Below, one piece after another: positions 41,748 to 52,466 of a DNA stretch of 64,000 bases (positions within the stretch are counted from its first letter, which is position 1; each line of letters begins with the position of its first letter). The position numbers were made by a program, and so were the translations under genes. The DNA is from a virus. The notes below the pieces were generated by a model, which made no database searches, had not been told where the DNA came from, and saw nothing but the letters and a program-made list of their open reading frames with translations. Location: IMG/VR virus record IMGVR_UViG_3300030329_003696, positions 102,834 through 166,833 of that record; one strand, given 5' to 3'.

Positions 41748-41750
41748 AAA

Positions 41751-42785
41751 ATGGGACCAGAGGAATGTAAATGCCCCCAAGCTGGGTATTGTGAATATTT
41801 TAAACAGGAAATGACATACGACCCACCGAACTGGCAGTGGTGTCAAAACGCTAGCCAACAAGAGAGGGCTAGGTACAAGGTTGATTGCGACAAAAAACAC
41901 AAAAGAAGAGAAGAAGAAAAACGAAAATTCTTAGCTGGTGAATATATAACTAACGCACAGCTAATAAGAGACTGTAAAAATTTATTGCTACCACAAGTTG
42001 CGAATTTAGACATAAAAGGTATCGTTGGCATACCAAGATCTGGGATGTTACCGGCTAGTATGATCTCTATATGGCTAAACCTTCCGTTGTATTTTTTAGA
42101 TCCACAAAATAATTTGCTACCGATGTCGGCAGCGAGTAAATTTGGTGGGGTTAGAATGCTCAAACACAGGTCGTCACTCGGCAGACTACTCGTCGTTGAC
42201 GATACCGTATACTCCGGAACCGCAATGAAAAATTTCAAAAAGAAATTGCTTGAAGATGCTTATTTTTGTTCGGTATATTGCAGGCCAGCATCAAAATTTA
42301 AACCAGATTTCTACGGAAGGGAATTAAATCCCCCACACCTTTTAGAGTGGAACCTTTTTAATTGTACATATATCCAAAGTGCCCTGCTTGACTTTGACGG
42401 AATACTCTGCCCAAACGTACCCTTTGATATATTAGACGATGAGGATAAACACAGGGACTGGTTAGCCAACGTGACGCCCTTTTACCATAGAATACCAAGG
42501 GTTCCCTGTAAAGGAATAGTAACAGCTAGATTTGAAAGGTACAGGAGTATAACAGAGGAGTGGCTACATAAACATGGTATTCAATACGGTTCACTAACGA
42601 TGCTTCCAGACGAGATGGAAGAACAAAGACTCAAAGACCACGTAGAAGTTTCTTCTAGTTATAAAGCTAAACATTTCATTGAATCAGATGCAAATTTTTT
42701 CATTGAAAGCGAGGTAGCTGAAGCTGTGAGAATAAGAAAAAAAAGTGGTAAGTTTGTTATTTGCCCGGAGGAAAAAGATGGATAA
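41751..42785 (+). CDS. Phosphoribosyltransferase-like + HAD-like fusion with Cys-rich N-terminus
   Basis: GIPRSG, LLVVDDTVYSGT (PRPP loop), LLDFDG, IVTAR. Confidence 0.75.
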   Translation: MGPEECKCPQAGYCEYFKQEMTYDPPNWQWCQNASQQERARYKVDCDKKHKRREEEKRKFLAGEYITNAQLIRDCKNLLLPQVANLDIKGIVGIPRSGMLPASMISIWLNLPLYFLDPQNNLLPMSAASKFGGVRMLKHRSSLGRLLVVDDTVYSGTAMKNFKKKLLEDAYFCSVYCRPASKFKPDFYGRELNPPHLLEWNLFNCTYIQSALLDFDGILCPNVPFDILDDEDKHRDWLANVTPFYHRIPRVPCKGIVTARFERYRSITEEWLHKHGIQYGSLTMLPDEMEEQRLKDHVEVSSSYKAKHFIESDANFFIESEVAEAVRIRKKSGKFVICPEEKDG

Positions 42786-43338
42786 AATAAAAGAATATGA
42801 AACAGCATTTGAGATGTACTTAGATATCCCCAAAGATGCGGTAGGGGCGGAGATTGGTGTTTGCAAGGGGTGGAATGCTATCCAGTTGTTTCATATCACT
42901 AAACCTACAAAGTTATATTTATGCGATGTGTGGAGAGAAAGACACCCGAACGCCTGCCTCATAGAAGCTCCCCACCTATGGGAAGATGATCACAGGGTTT
43001 TGGTAGGTAAGTTATTTGAAAGAGAAATAGCTTCTAACACAGTAGAACTACACAGGGAATACGGAGGTAATTTTCTTTACGGATTAGAGAACGATTCCCT
43101 CGATTGGGTTTATATTGACGCTTGCCATGATTACAAATCTGTAAAAGTAGAACTAGAGAATGCTCTATATAAGGTTAAGAAGGGCGGCTTAATAATGGGC
43201 CATGACTATGTAACAAACTGTCAGGTGTGGAAGGCTGGTGTTATTAGGGCAGTTAATGAGTTTATTCAGGCTGGTAAAATAAAGATGATTGGAATTAGCT
43301 TGGAGAAATTCCCAAGTTATATGTGCGAGGTACTATGA
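42778..43338 (+). CDS. Class I SAM methyltransferase (Methyltransf_24-like)
   Basis: GAEIGV.KG, DWVYIDACHDY, GGLIMGHDY. Confidence 0.85.
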   Translation: MDKIKEYETAFEMYLDIPKDAVGAEIGVCKGWNAIQLFHITKPTKLYLCDVWRERHPNACLIEAPHLWEDDHRVLVGKLFEREIASNTVELHREYGGNFLYGLENDSLDWVYIDACHDYKSVKVELENALYKVKKGGLIMGHDYVTNCQVWKAGVIRAVNEFIQAGKIKMIGISLEKFPSYMCEVL

Positions 43339-43856
43339 TATATCTACCAGAACGAGCAGTTTTCATACATATACCAAGAACTGGAGGTAATTCCATAAAG
43401 AACGCTATCGCATCCGTCTGTATTGGAAAAGACATACCTGCGGTTGTGAGTACGATGCCCACATATATCAAGGAGTTTGATAGAGTTCAAGGCCACCAAA
43501 CCGCGTCAGTACTCAAGGGTTATATAAGAGAGTGGAATGACATTTATAGGTTTGCTGTCCACAGGCCAATTGAAGATAGATTTGAGAGCATGAATAATTT
43601 TATAAAAATGATAAAGGCTAGGCCCAACCACCAAGTTCCTGAGCAGCTTAAAGATTTTATGGCGATAGAGGATCATTTATCTTACTTCAAAAAGGAGTGG
43701 TCTGGCCACACGACCCAGTTCTTTACGCAAGGTCTTTATGGCGAAGATCTAGGCGTAGAAGTGTATAATTATGAGGATTTACCAGATAGATGGCATGAGA
43801 TATGTGATAAGTGTAAGATCCCTAGGTGCGACCTGCCCCACTTAAATAAATCATAA
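43335..43856 (+). CDS. Sulfotransferase-family protein
   Basis: FIHIPRTGGNSI, R P.DRFES, YEDL and LPHLN motifs. Confidence 0.75.
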   Translation: MIYLPERAVFIHIPRTGGNSIKNAIASVCIGKDIPAVVSTMPTYIKEFDRVQGHQTASVLKGYIREWNDIYRFAVHRPIEDRFESMNNFIKMIKARPNHQVPEQLKDFMAIEDHLSYFKKEWSGHTTQFFTQGLYGEDLGVEVYNYEDLPDRWHEICDKCKIPRCDLPHLNKS

Positions 43857-43867
43857 AGGAGAATAAA

Positions 43868-44167
43868 ATGGCAATTTTTGAACTCGCAATCGCTGACGAA
43901 GATGTCCAACGTGTCTTTGATGCTGTTTGCGGAAATTACAATCGACCAGAAAAAGTCGATAACCCCGATTTTGACCCCAACCTACCAGAACATGAAGCTT
44001 CAAACCCAAGGCAAATTGATAATCCAGAAACTCAAGGAAGTTTTGTGCATAGGATGGTGAGACAATTTTTGTCTGATCATGTGGCTGCATACGAAATAAA
44101 CTTAGCAAAACAGCAGGCGGTAGAGAACACCTCAGTAGATGTGGACATAACTGATCCGCAACCGTAG
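43868..44167 (+). CDS. Hypothetical phage protein
   Basis: AAGGAG RBS; DNPDFDP...IDNPET. Confidence 0.7.
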   Translation: MAIFELAIADEDVQRVFDAVCGNYNRPEKVDNPDFDPNLPEHEASNPRQIDNPETQGSFVHRMVRQFLSDHVAAYEINLAKQQAVENTSVDVDITDPQP

Positions 44168-44200
44168 TTTGATTTTTTCAGTAATTTAGGGTATAATATA

Positions 44201-44446
44201 ATGTTATTTGGCGGCTCAACTTGGTCTGAATTACCAATATCCTCACTGACTGTGCCGCTATTTAATGGCGAAGAGTTTAATTTTACTTCCGCTATTGATA
44301 CAGAGTTGGCAGTGATTAGTACAATAGATCAAGTTTTAGAACCTACAGGAAAAATAGATACAACACTTACGGTTACTGGAACTATTGATCAGGTAGATAA
44401 CTTCACGCTTACTATAGACAGTTCAAAAGAAAAAACGTTAATTTAA
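44201..44446 (+). CDS. Small virion protein with 10-aa repeats
   Basis: Five xxxxIDxxxx decamers. Confidence 0.6.
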   Translation: MLFGGSTWSELPISSLTVPLFNGEEFNFTSAIDTELAVISTIDQVLEPTGKIDTTLTVTGTIDQVDNFTLTIDSSKEKTLI

Positions 44447-44455
44447 GGTATAAAG

Positions 44456-44761
44456 ATGGCTAGCCAAATTCATCAAAATGACGTTGGAACAAAGTTACTG
44501 GTAACTGTGACGGATGACGGTTCTGCTGTTGACATATCCGCAGCATCGTCCTTGACAATTTTCCTAAAGCAGCCAGATGGTGACGTTTTAGAAAAATCTG
44601 CCACTTTAAACACAAGCGGTGAAGACGGAAAAATGTACTATTTAACCGTACTTGGAGACCTAGATAAGGCTGGCACCTACAAGATACAGGGCAAGGTGGT
44701 GATATCTACCGGAACTTTTTATACTAGTATTTCCACTTTTAAAGTTCATTGTAATTTATAA
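44456..44761 (+). CDS. BppU N-terminal-like (Ig-fold) virion protein
   Basis: DVGT, AVDIS, KQPDG, DGKMYY, GDLD.AG.Y. Confidence 0.6.
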   Translation: MASQIHQNDVGTKLLVTVTDDGSAVDISAASSLTIFLKQPDGDVLEKSATLNTSGEDGKMYYLTVLGDLDKAGTYKIQGKVVISTGTFYTSISTFKVHCNL

Positions 44762-44771
44762 GGTAATTATT

Positions 44772-45290
44772 ATGTCTTGGCAAGGTCAAATGGGTCTCAT
44801 AGTTAGACATCTGATAAACGATGTAGATCCCGATAGCTATAAATTTTCAGATCATAGAATAGAAACCACTTTGTTGGTTGCCGCCCAATTATGTCAGATG
44901 AATATAGATTTCACTAATACCTACACAGTCAATGTAGAAAGCTGCGAGCTATCGCCAGATCCCACAGAGGCAGATAGTAAAGATGACGCCTTTATAACAT
45001 TGATTTGTTTGCGTGCTGCGTGTATAATTATAGGTAGTGAAATAAGAAGTGAGTCTGGAAACGCTATCTCCATTAAGGATGGCCCATCAGCCATCGACCT
45101 TCGGGGAGTTACACAAACACTCGCTGTTTTATACAAAGATTTATGTGAAAAATACGAACACTTATCGTTAGAATACAGGGCTGGAAACAGCGTTGCTGGA
45201 CAGTCAATTCTTGGTCCTTATAGCCCCGCCTCAGACAATGTCACTAGGGGGCATATGGGCCATAGGGCTGGTGGATACTTTGATTATTAA
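44772..45290 (+). CDS. Probable head-tail connector/adaptor
   Basis: VRHLIND...Y.FSD start; helical; context. Confidence 0.5.
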   Translation: MSWQGQMGLIVRHLINDVDPDSYKFSDHRIETTLLVAAQLCQMNIDFTNTYTVNVESCELSPDPTEADSKDDAFITLICLRAACIIIGSEIRSESGNAISIKDGPSAIDLRGVTQTLAVLYKDLCEKYEHLSLEYRAGNSVAGQSILGPYSPASDNVTRGHMGHRAGGYFDY

Positions 45291-45303
45291 AGGAGAACTT
45301 TAA

Positions 45304-46353
45304 ATGCCTAACCAATTAAATTCAGGTGAGTTGATAGCTAGTATTTCAGCCGACCTAGCTGACAACAACGCTGGTCTAATTTCAGCAGAAGATGTCAGAC
45401 ACAACATGGAGGACACGGCGTACTCCATTAGAAGAATTGTCGCCAGTGGTGACGCAAACGAGACAAATTTTGTCTTTTACAATACTCTTAGGGTCAGTAA
45501 GTTATCTGCACCTACAGCCGATCTACCTACCGCAACTAGTGGTGACATTCAGGTTGAATCTGGAATATTTTTTCCAAACGCTCCAGAAAACGATGCCAAA
45601 CGTCAGGTGCGACCTTTCCTAGGTAGTAGGAGTATAGATCATAGTCAACTTCTAAACTTAGATGAAGACGATCACCTACAGTACTATAAGTTGGACGGGC
45701 TTCGACCTCTTGAGGGTAACATGAAGACCAATGGGGTATGGATAAATGCTTCTGGCCAAAACTATACAGGTCTTAAATTTAGACCAGATCACACCTCTGA
45801 TGCCACCCAGCAAACCATCTTAGTTTCTGGTTATTCACCATCAGCTAGAAGAACTGAGGCCGGATTTTCCAATCAAGGCGGTTTTGAGTTCATGGATAAG
45901 TCGATCATTCCAAATGGAAAAGGAATGGCGAAAGCTTGGTTATCTTTAGCTACTAGCGGAATCCATAATGGTCAAGATGACAGACCTCAATTATTTGCTT
46001 ATCACAACATCAGTGGTGTGCATCGTATTGCTGAGGGGCAGCTTGCCGTTACCTTTACTTCTGGCACCTTCCACGACAACTCCTATGTTGCGATAGGTAC
46101 GGCTAGTGCTAGAAATACATCCACACCAAAAGACTATGGCCTTGGTGGAACTGCGAATAATCCGGCGAACTTCGAGGTAAACACGGTTGGTATAGCTGGT
46201 AGATCTGGAGTTAGAAACGGCCTAAGAGAGTGTAGGGTCTACATTATAGACGATGACGGCTCCTATCAGGACTCTGATCGACTAGACCTTGTATTCTTTG
46301 GGTATAGCCCGTCAGAAACTTCTGGAACTCACCCAACAATTAGTAGGGCTTAG
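45304..46353 (+). CDS. Fibre-like protein
   Basis: LADN...ISAEDVR N-terminus shared with 27130; DHSQL..LDEDDHLQY; AKAW. Confidence 0.6.
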   Translation: MPNQLNSGELIASISADLADNNAGLISAEDVRHNMEDTAYSIRRIVASGDANETNFVFYNTLRVSKLSAPTADLPTATSGDIQVESGIFFPNAPENDAKRQVRPFLGSRSIDHSQLLNLDEDDHLQYYKLDGLRPLEGNMKTNGVWINASGQNYTGLKFRPDHTSDATQQTILVSGYSPSARRTEAGFSNQGGFEFMDKSIIPNGKGMAKAWLSLATSGIHNGQDDRPQLFAYHNISGVHRIAEGQLAVTFTSGTFHDNSYVAIGTASARNTSTPKDYGLGGTANNPANFEVNTVGIAGRSGVRNGLRECRVYIIDDDGSYQDSDRLDLVFFGYSPSETSGTHPTISRA

Positions 46354-46395
46354 TAATTAATACAGTCAACTTCAGTTTAAAAGGATGCGTGATTA

Positions 46396-49300
46396 ATGTC
46401 CAATAATTTTTTCTTAGCAGACAGAGTAAAAGAGCTTTCTCGCGTTGAAGGGCGAGGGAGCATCAGTTTAGACGGTGCTGTCGATGGATTTAGTTCGTTT
46501 GGAGATTTCTATGCATCCGGCGACGTTGTATTCTATGCGATTACAGATAACGTCAAGTATGAAGTTGGATCTGGTGTTTATACACCGGATGGTTCTACTG
46601 GCCGATCAATAACTAGACAGCCCATGCGAAGCTCAGACATAAACTCTGGGCCTTACTTTATATATGGTAGTGGTGCTGGATCACACGCTGGTCAAGAAGG
46701 ATATTTTTATCCGCTTTGGCTAACGAAGTCTGCGGCAATCAGTGGCGTTGGAATTACTGGTGCCTCAAAGGGGCCGTATTCTAATGCTCATGAACACGTA
46801 TTCTCTGGGGTTCCGGGTGTAACTTTTTATATGCCCTCTGACCATATGGCTCACGGCCTAACAACTAGTGCTGCTAAAACTACTGCGGCAACTAGCGGCT
46901 CAGATTACACGTCTGCATCTCGACCGGTAGACTTTAACGTTGGCACAAAGGAGGTATTTGTAACCTATCCTGGTGCTAGAGCTGTTTACAATGCTTATGG
47001 AATTGATTCAGATACAGCTGAACCAAAACAAAGTGGTTTAGCATTCTGGCAAAATAACCAAATCCTTAGCTATTCCTCTAACTTAGTTTGGAGCGACAGC
47101 GAAAGTTTTCTTGGTATAGATAAGCATAACCCAGAATTTGCTATAGATATTGGTGGATTAAAAAGCTTTTCACAGGTTAGAGCTTCTGGCTTTATGGATG
47201 GTGGTTCTGGTGTTTTATTTTCCGGTATTCCCGGTAGCCGCTCTGGTGGTAGACAGCTAGAACCGTTTTTACGAAATCAGGTGGCTAGTACCGCTAATGG
47301 TGTTATTAAAGTTAGTGGGCTAGTAGATCAGTTTATTGGATTTGAAAACCAAGCCCCAACCCTAGTGTTTGCTGGGCCAGCGAGTGACTGTGGTTGTGAC
47401 GACGCTGTTCCTACTTTCAGGGCTTTAACAGCTGCTGACTTCCCATTGGCTGGTGACGACGGCTTAGATAACAGGTATGTTCAACAGTATAACCCAGGAA
47501 TTGTTTCCAGCGATCCATTCACATTCCAGCTTGGACAGGTTGCCTTATATCAAGCCAGCGGTAAAATAAGTTATTCAAGTGGAATTATTTATGACCCAAC
47601 AAACGATAGACTTGGTCTAGGCGGGGGCAATGTTGGCATTATTGATCCGGCTTACACGCTTGACGTTAGCGGTACAGTAGCTGCCAGCTCTGGTTACTTT
47701 AGCCGAATTACCTTTCCTAATGACAGTATTCATATTGGTAGAAACACTACCCCCAATGACGATAATTATAAGTCATCCGCTGTCGGCTCAACAGTTTCAA
47801 ACTATGTAGCTGTAGGCTTATCCGCCTTCCAAAACTCTAGCGGTATATCTAGCAGTGTTGCGATTGGTCATCGAGCTGGCCACTCGTCTAAAACATTCGA
47901 TCAGAGTGTAGCTATAGGTAGTGGTGCAGCAATAAATTCTGTTTCGGGTATCCAGACTGTCTTTATAGGCGTTCGTGCTGGAGATGTTTCATCTAAAATT
48001 GACCAAACGGTTGCTATCGGTGAAACCGCTCTTTTAGAAGCGAAGAGCTGGGACACTTCGGTAGTAATCGGGTACGGTGCTGCTAGTGGTTCGAGTAAGA
48101 TTGAAAACAGCTTGGCTCTTGGTCAATCTTCTATGACCTCTGCCGCACAATCTTCTGGCATTGTGTCTTTGGGCTATAAGTCTATGTATGATGCAAGCGG
48201 AATTGTTAGAACTGTGTCTGCTGGATTTAGAGCCACTAGGGGCGTTGACGAGGGCAACGATATAGTTTCTATTGGTACAGACAATCTTGAAGACGCTAGC
48301 GGAGTAGATAACGTAATTTCCATCGGTAGAGAGACACTGGTTAGATCTAGCGGTGGACTAGAAGAAGTTACCGCCATTGGTTACCAAGCTGGATACCAAG
48401 CGGTACGAGTAAAAGACAGCACATTTTTAGGTACGTCTGCCGGTCAAACCGCCAGTGGTACCTTCAATATTTATGTTGGCCACAATGCAGGTATTGCTGT
48501 TTCTGGTCATGAAAATATAGAGATTATAGCTTCGGGCGGTAATACTAGTATACTTACTAGCTCTTCTGTTGGCAAAATCAACATAGGTAACACAATAGTC
48601 GGAGACATTAATGCTGGTTCTGTGGGTGTTGGCCATATGACCAATGCAACCCCTCCGGCGACACTATTTGTACAAACGAGTGGTGCAAACGACCACGCCA
48701 TGATTATTCGTCAGCAAGGTTCTGGCTCTAAAGCACCTTATTTTGCCTTACAAAGCGGCGATGCGACTACGTTCTTCCAGATCACAAATAGCGGAAACGT
48801 TATGACTAGTGGCTGGATGTCGCCAAGCGGTGGTTTACATTTAGGCGATAGAGATCCGACTAGGAGTTCTGGTGTTGGCGGCTACACACTATGGAACAAC
48901 GGTGGAACATTAGTTTGGAACGGTAAAACTGTTGATACAGCTGGCGGAACAACATTTAAAGTTTCCCCCTATACCACGAGTGCGGCTTCACCAAAAGCCG
49001 TCGCAATTAATGACGGCCAGTTAGTTACCATCAGTGGTGTTAGCGGCGTTGAAGTACAACAAAACACTGATAGATTCTTAAGAATATCAGCTAGTGGATT
49101 ATCCGGAGTTTTACAGAATCAAATAGATGCATTGAGTGCAGGTAGTTATAATTTCTTTATGACCGCTTCTGGAAACGGCAATAAAAATAACCAGCGACAC
49201 GATGTAGCAGACAACAGTTCTATAGCTCTATCGGGTGTTAGCGGTATTAAGATTGATTTCACTAATCTGACCGGTGGTGGAGACACTACCGGTATTTATA

Positions 49301-51378
49301 CTATAGGATGGGATGCCAATTCGGTCTTTACTGGAAACCTGATTGCTAGTGGCGACAATAAAACCAACGGACGCAACAAATCTAGACAGTTATTACTTAA
49401 TGGTAGCGGTTTAGCATTTAAGGGTATAAAAGGTGTTGACTTCGGGTTTAGTCAGGAAGCTGGCAATGGCTCCTTGTTTACTTTAGATCCAAGCACACTA
49501 TCCGGTGTTCTCTATGAAACCACACAAAGTAGCGGCAATTACATATGGGAAGATCATATTGACTGGAGAGCAAGCGGTATCGCAGTTAGTGGCCAAGTGG
49601 TCGCTAACACGACAGCCATAAAAGCTGTAACCTCTAAGAGTGCTACAAGCGGAATAAAGATACAACTTGACAAGTACGTACTTGACTCCGGTAATGGTGG
49701 TTTATTGTCGTTCCTTCAGCTTACAGATATCAACCCAGACGCTACAACACAAGGACTTCAGTCGGGTAGCGGGAACATACTTATTAATGATAACTCTGGA
49801 ATCTTTAACAGACCTAGAGTGGGAGATACAGTAGACACGGTAGCCATCGGCCATGATGTTGGAGTGCGGGCTTCAGGTTTAAGAAGCTCAGTGTTAATTG
49901 GTGACGAGGCCGGTGCCCACTACACGCCCCATCGAGATTCTAGCAATGATCCAACCAGTCAAGAAATATTTATTGGTTATCGTGCTGGATCTCATCTTAA
50001 CAATAGCGGCACTACTGGTACGGATAATTGGCGTGGTAATAATATTGCTTTAGGGGCCGAGGCTATTTATGACTCTAATAAGATATTTAATTCAGTTGGT
50101 ATCGGTTGGTACTCTACAAAACAAGCACGTAATATCAGCAATTCAGTTGCGATAGGCGGTTTTTCTTCAAATCAATCGCATGACATGATGCAGATGAGTG
50201 TCGTTGGGTATAACGCTGGGGGCGACGCTCGCGAGTCTGTTAGATCAAATTGGTACGGTGCCTATGCTGGGGATTCTTCTAGTGGTGTATCTTATGATAC
50301 TTCAATCGGATACCTATCCAGTGCAAGAGCTTCTGGGCACTATGGGATTACGCACGCTGATTTATATGGCGGGGCCAGTCTATCTGATCAGGATTCCTAC
50401 ATAATCTCACTCACGTCAGCACCAACGTCCACGCACGCTTACAACATATCCATAGGTTACTCCGCGAGCTATGAAGCCTATAATAACCAACACTCAATAT
50501 TTATTGGTAGGGATGCTGGCTACGCTAGTTCTGGGGTTACTAACTCAGTATTTATCGGTCATAACGCCGGACAACGAACGAGCCATCAAAACTCGATCAT
50601 ACTGAGTAACAAAGCCTTGAGTTTGTCTGCCGACGATACGTACCCAATAAACTATGGAAACGGTCAAACAGACTTCATACTGGATATTTCACATGGTATT
50701 CAGGGCATTGTCAAGACTGGACCGATTGCTTGGGAAGAAGACAAGGACTCAAACATACACGACGTTAGGCTTCATATCGGGCCGATGATTTCTAGTGGGG
50801 ACTTCGCGGCGGGTGCCTACCTAAATTCGACCACCGAGATACAACCCACCCAAAGCGATAGCCCAGTCTTTTCTTTAGACCAGTTTGGCAAAAGAACAGA
50901 ACGCACATCTACGGGCACAAGCGACAACCCAGGAGTCGATGGGCAGACGGTGGGAGACACTCGAACCTCTATGTTTGTAACAACTACAAACACATTGTTT
51001 GAAGTCAGTAATCTCACCGCAGGTCGAGACTATCAAGACCCAATTGGTAATGATGATTATAGCATGAAGCTTGAAATTATCAACAAGCATGGATTCCCAG
51101 TTATTCCGCTTTTTACAAGGGTTACCGGCGGAGGCGATTCACCTTACGTATTACTCACCGCAACGGTACCTCAAAACCAAGTCCTTCCAGACGATAGAGG
51201 AATGAGATACAGCGTCATACCAATGTATCCAGGTGCTTTTGCTTACGGGTATGGTGTGTCCGACGATTTCTCGCCTGGATACTATTTAGCTATTTGCTTC
51301 CAAGATTATGATAATTCCCCCGAAGCTGTAGTAGTTAATGGTGTACGATTAGCATGGAAATTTGTAAAACTTGACTAG
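46396..51378 (+). CDS. Large tail fibre/spike (1660 aa), Ser-Gly rich
   Basis: ADRVKE anchor; many AIG..AG repeats. Confidence 0.7.
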   Translation: MSNNFFLADRVKELSRVEGRGSISLDGAVDGFSSFGDFYASGDVVFYAITDNVKYEVGSGVYTPDGSTGRSITRQPMRSSDINSGPYFIYGSGAGSHAGQEGYFYPLWLTKSAAISGVGITGASKGPYSNAHEHVFSGVPGVTFYMPSDHMAHGLTTSAAKTTAATSGSDYTSASRPVDFNVGTKEVFVTYPGARAVYNAYGIDSDTAEPKQSGLAFWQNNQILSYSSNLVWSDSESFLGIDKHNPEFAIDIGGLKSFSQVRASGFMDGGSGVLFSGIPGSRSGGRQLEPFLRNQVASTANGVIKVSGLVDQFIGFENQAPTLVFAGPASDCGCDDAVPTFRALTAADFPLAGDDGLDNRYVQQYNPGIVSSDPFTFQLGQVALYQASGKISYSSGIIYDPTNDRLGLGGGNVGIIDPAYTLDVSGTVAASSGYFSRITFPNDSIHIGRNTTPNDDNYKSSAVGSTVSNYVAVGLSAFQNSSGISSSVAIGHRAGHSSKTFDQSVAIGSGAAINSVSGIQTVFIGVRAGDVSSKIDQTVAIGETALLEAKSWDTSVVIGYGAASGSSKIENSLALGQSSMTSAAQSSGIVSLGYKSMYDASGIVRTVSAGFRATRGVDEGNDIVSIGTDNLEDASGVDNVISIGRETLVRSSGGLEEVTAIGYQAGYQAVRVKDSTFLGTSAGQTASGTFNIYVGHNAGIAVSGHENIEIIASGGNTSILTSSSVGKINIGNTIVGDINAGSVGVGHMTNATPPATLFVQTSGANDHAMIIRQQGSGSKAPYFALQSGDATTFFQITNSGNVMTSGWMSPSGGLHLGDRDPTRSSGVGGYTLWNNGGTLVWNGKTVDTAGGTTFKVSPYTTSAASPKAVAINDGQLVTISGVSGVEVQQNTDRFLRISASGLSGVLQNQIDALSAGSYNFFMTASGNGNKNNQRHDVADNSSIALSGVSGIKIDFTNLTGGGDTTGIYTIGWDANSVFTGNLIASGDNKTNGRNKSRQLLLNGSGLAFKGIKGVDFGFSQEAGNGSLFTLDPSTLSGVLYETTQSSGNYIWEDHIDWRASGIAVSGQVVANTTAIKAVTSKSATSGIKIQLDKYVLDSGNGGLLSFLQLTDINPDATTQGLQSGSGNILINDNSGIFNRPRVGDTVDTVAIGHDVGVRASGLRSSVLIGDEAGAHYTPHRDSSNDPTSQEIFIGYRAGSHLNNSGTTGTDNWRGNNIALGAEAIYDSNKIFNSVGIGWYSTKQARNISNSVAIGGFSSNQSHDMMQMSVVGYNAGGDARESVRSNWYGAYAGDSSSGVSYDTSIGYLSSARASGHYGITHADLYGGASLSDQDSYIISLTSAPTSTHAYNISIGYSASYEAYNNQHSIFIGRDAGYASSGVTNSVFIGHNAGQRTSHQNSIILSNKALSLSADDTYPINYGNGQTDFILDISHGIQGIVKTGPIAWEEDKDSNIHDVRLHIGPMISSGDFAAGAYLNSTTEIQPTQSDSPVFSLDQFGKRTERTSTGTSDNPGVDGQTVGDTRTSMFVTTTNTLFEVSNLTAGRDYQDPIGNDDYSMKLEIINKHGFPVIPLFTRVTGGGDSPYVLLTATVPQNQVLPDDRGMRYSVIPMYPGAFAYGYGVSDDFSPGYYLAICFQDYDNSPEAVVVNGVRLAWKFVKLD

Positions 51379-51442
51379 TATAATAGGATAAGTAACCTTA
51401 AACCTGTAATTAATGTAACTTTATAATTTTGGAGAGTATATA

Positions 51443-51643
51443 ATGCCAGACCACATAGTAATGAAAGCAAATAATAGCAACCCAGTGAAGAACGGGGGTT
51501 TAATAACTCTCGTTTTTGAGACTGGGGTTGCTGCTAGTGGTGAGCCTCTAGTTAATCAGTTTGTGCCGTCAGGAACTATGCAAGATAGGCTAAAAGATAG
51601 ATTTGATGATGTCAGATATTACACTGGCGACAGCCCTAGCTAA
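51443..51643 (+). CDS. Small hypothetical protein
   Basis: GGAG RBS. Confidence 0.6.
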   Translation: MPDHIVMKANNSNPVKNGGLITLVFETGVAASGEPLVNQFVPSGTMQDRLKDRFDDVRYYTGDSPS

Positions 51644-51653
51644 AGGTGATTAA

Positions 51654-52457
51654 GTGACAGTCTTTAAAAAAATCATCCTATCAAACGATATTAAACACGG
51701 TTCCGCCGTTACGTTTACAAATCAGCTCGGAGCGTCAGAGATCATAGATTCAAACGTCTCACTTAATGGTATTCATCATTCAGGTGTCATTGAGGATCGC
51801 ATGAAGCTTTATAGGTTTTATAGCGGTGATGAAAATGGGCTTACTCCTTCAGAAACTACGACTACCTACACGATAGCCACTGGTGCAGACGATGGAATGG
51901 CCTCTACGTCTTACAAAACCAGTACCAACAACAGTACTTATACCACCGGTTTCACCAATAGTAATACAACTTCCTATCTTGGGGTAAACTATGACGACGA
52001 GGAAATTGAATACAGGTACTATGTGGGATATTTTAGATTCACTAACATTGCTGCCGCACAAGGGGCAACAATTAAAAGTGCGTACCTCTCGCTATACAAA
52101 ACGGGTTATTCAGGCTGGACAGGAAATCATTCCTTTTATGTTGCCGCCTTAGATGCTGACAACCAAGCTGCCCCAACAGCCCCATGGCACCTTAATCACA
52201 GTATCTATACTACAGCAGAAGTTGTTTGGAATGACGACGGAGCCATTAGAACGGCAAGTAATGACTCATTTGTAAAATCCCCTGACATCAAAACTGTAAT
52301 TCAGGAGATTGTGGATAGGCCCGGATGGTCTACAGGGAATAGCATAGTGTTAACGTTTTTCCAGAAAACTGCCCCGCCAGACTATTGGGCTTTGCCAAGA
52401 TTTGAGTTTTATGACGATTCAGACTCAAATACACCAAAACTAGAAATAACAGTATAG
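51654..52457 (+). CDS. Virion protein with DNRLRE-like beta-sandwich domain
   Basis: FRF...GATIKSAYLSL, IQEIVDRPGW and PKLEIT motifs. Confidence 0.55.
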   Translation: MTVFKKIILSNDIKHGSAVTFTNQLGASEIIDSNVSLNGIHHSGVIEDRMKLYRFYSGDENGLTPSETTTTYTIATGADDGMASTSYKTSTNNSTYTTGFTNSNTTSYLGVNYDDEEIEYRYYVGYFRFTNIAAAQGATIKSAYLSLYKTGYSGWTGNHSFYVAALDADNQAAPTAPWHLNHSIYTTAEVVWNDDGAIRTASNDSFVKSPDIKTVIQEIVDRPGWSTGNSIVLTFFQKTAPPDYWALPRFEFYDDSDSNTPKLEITV

Positions 52458-52466
52458 GTAATAAAA

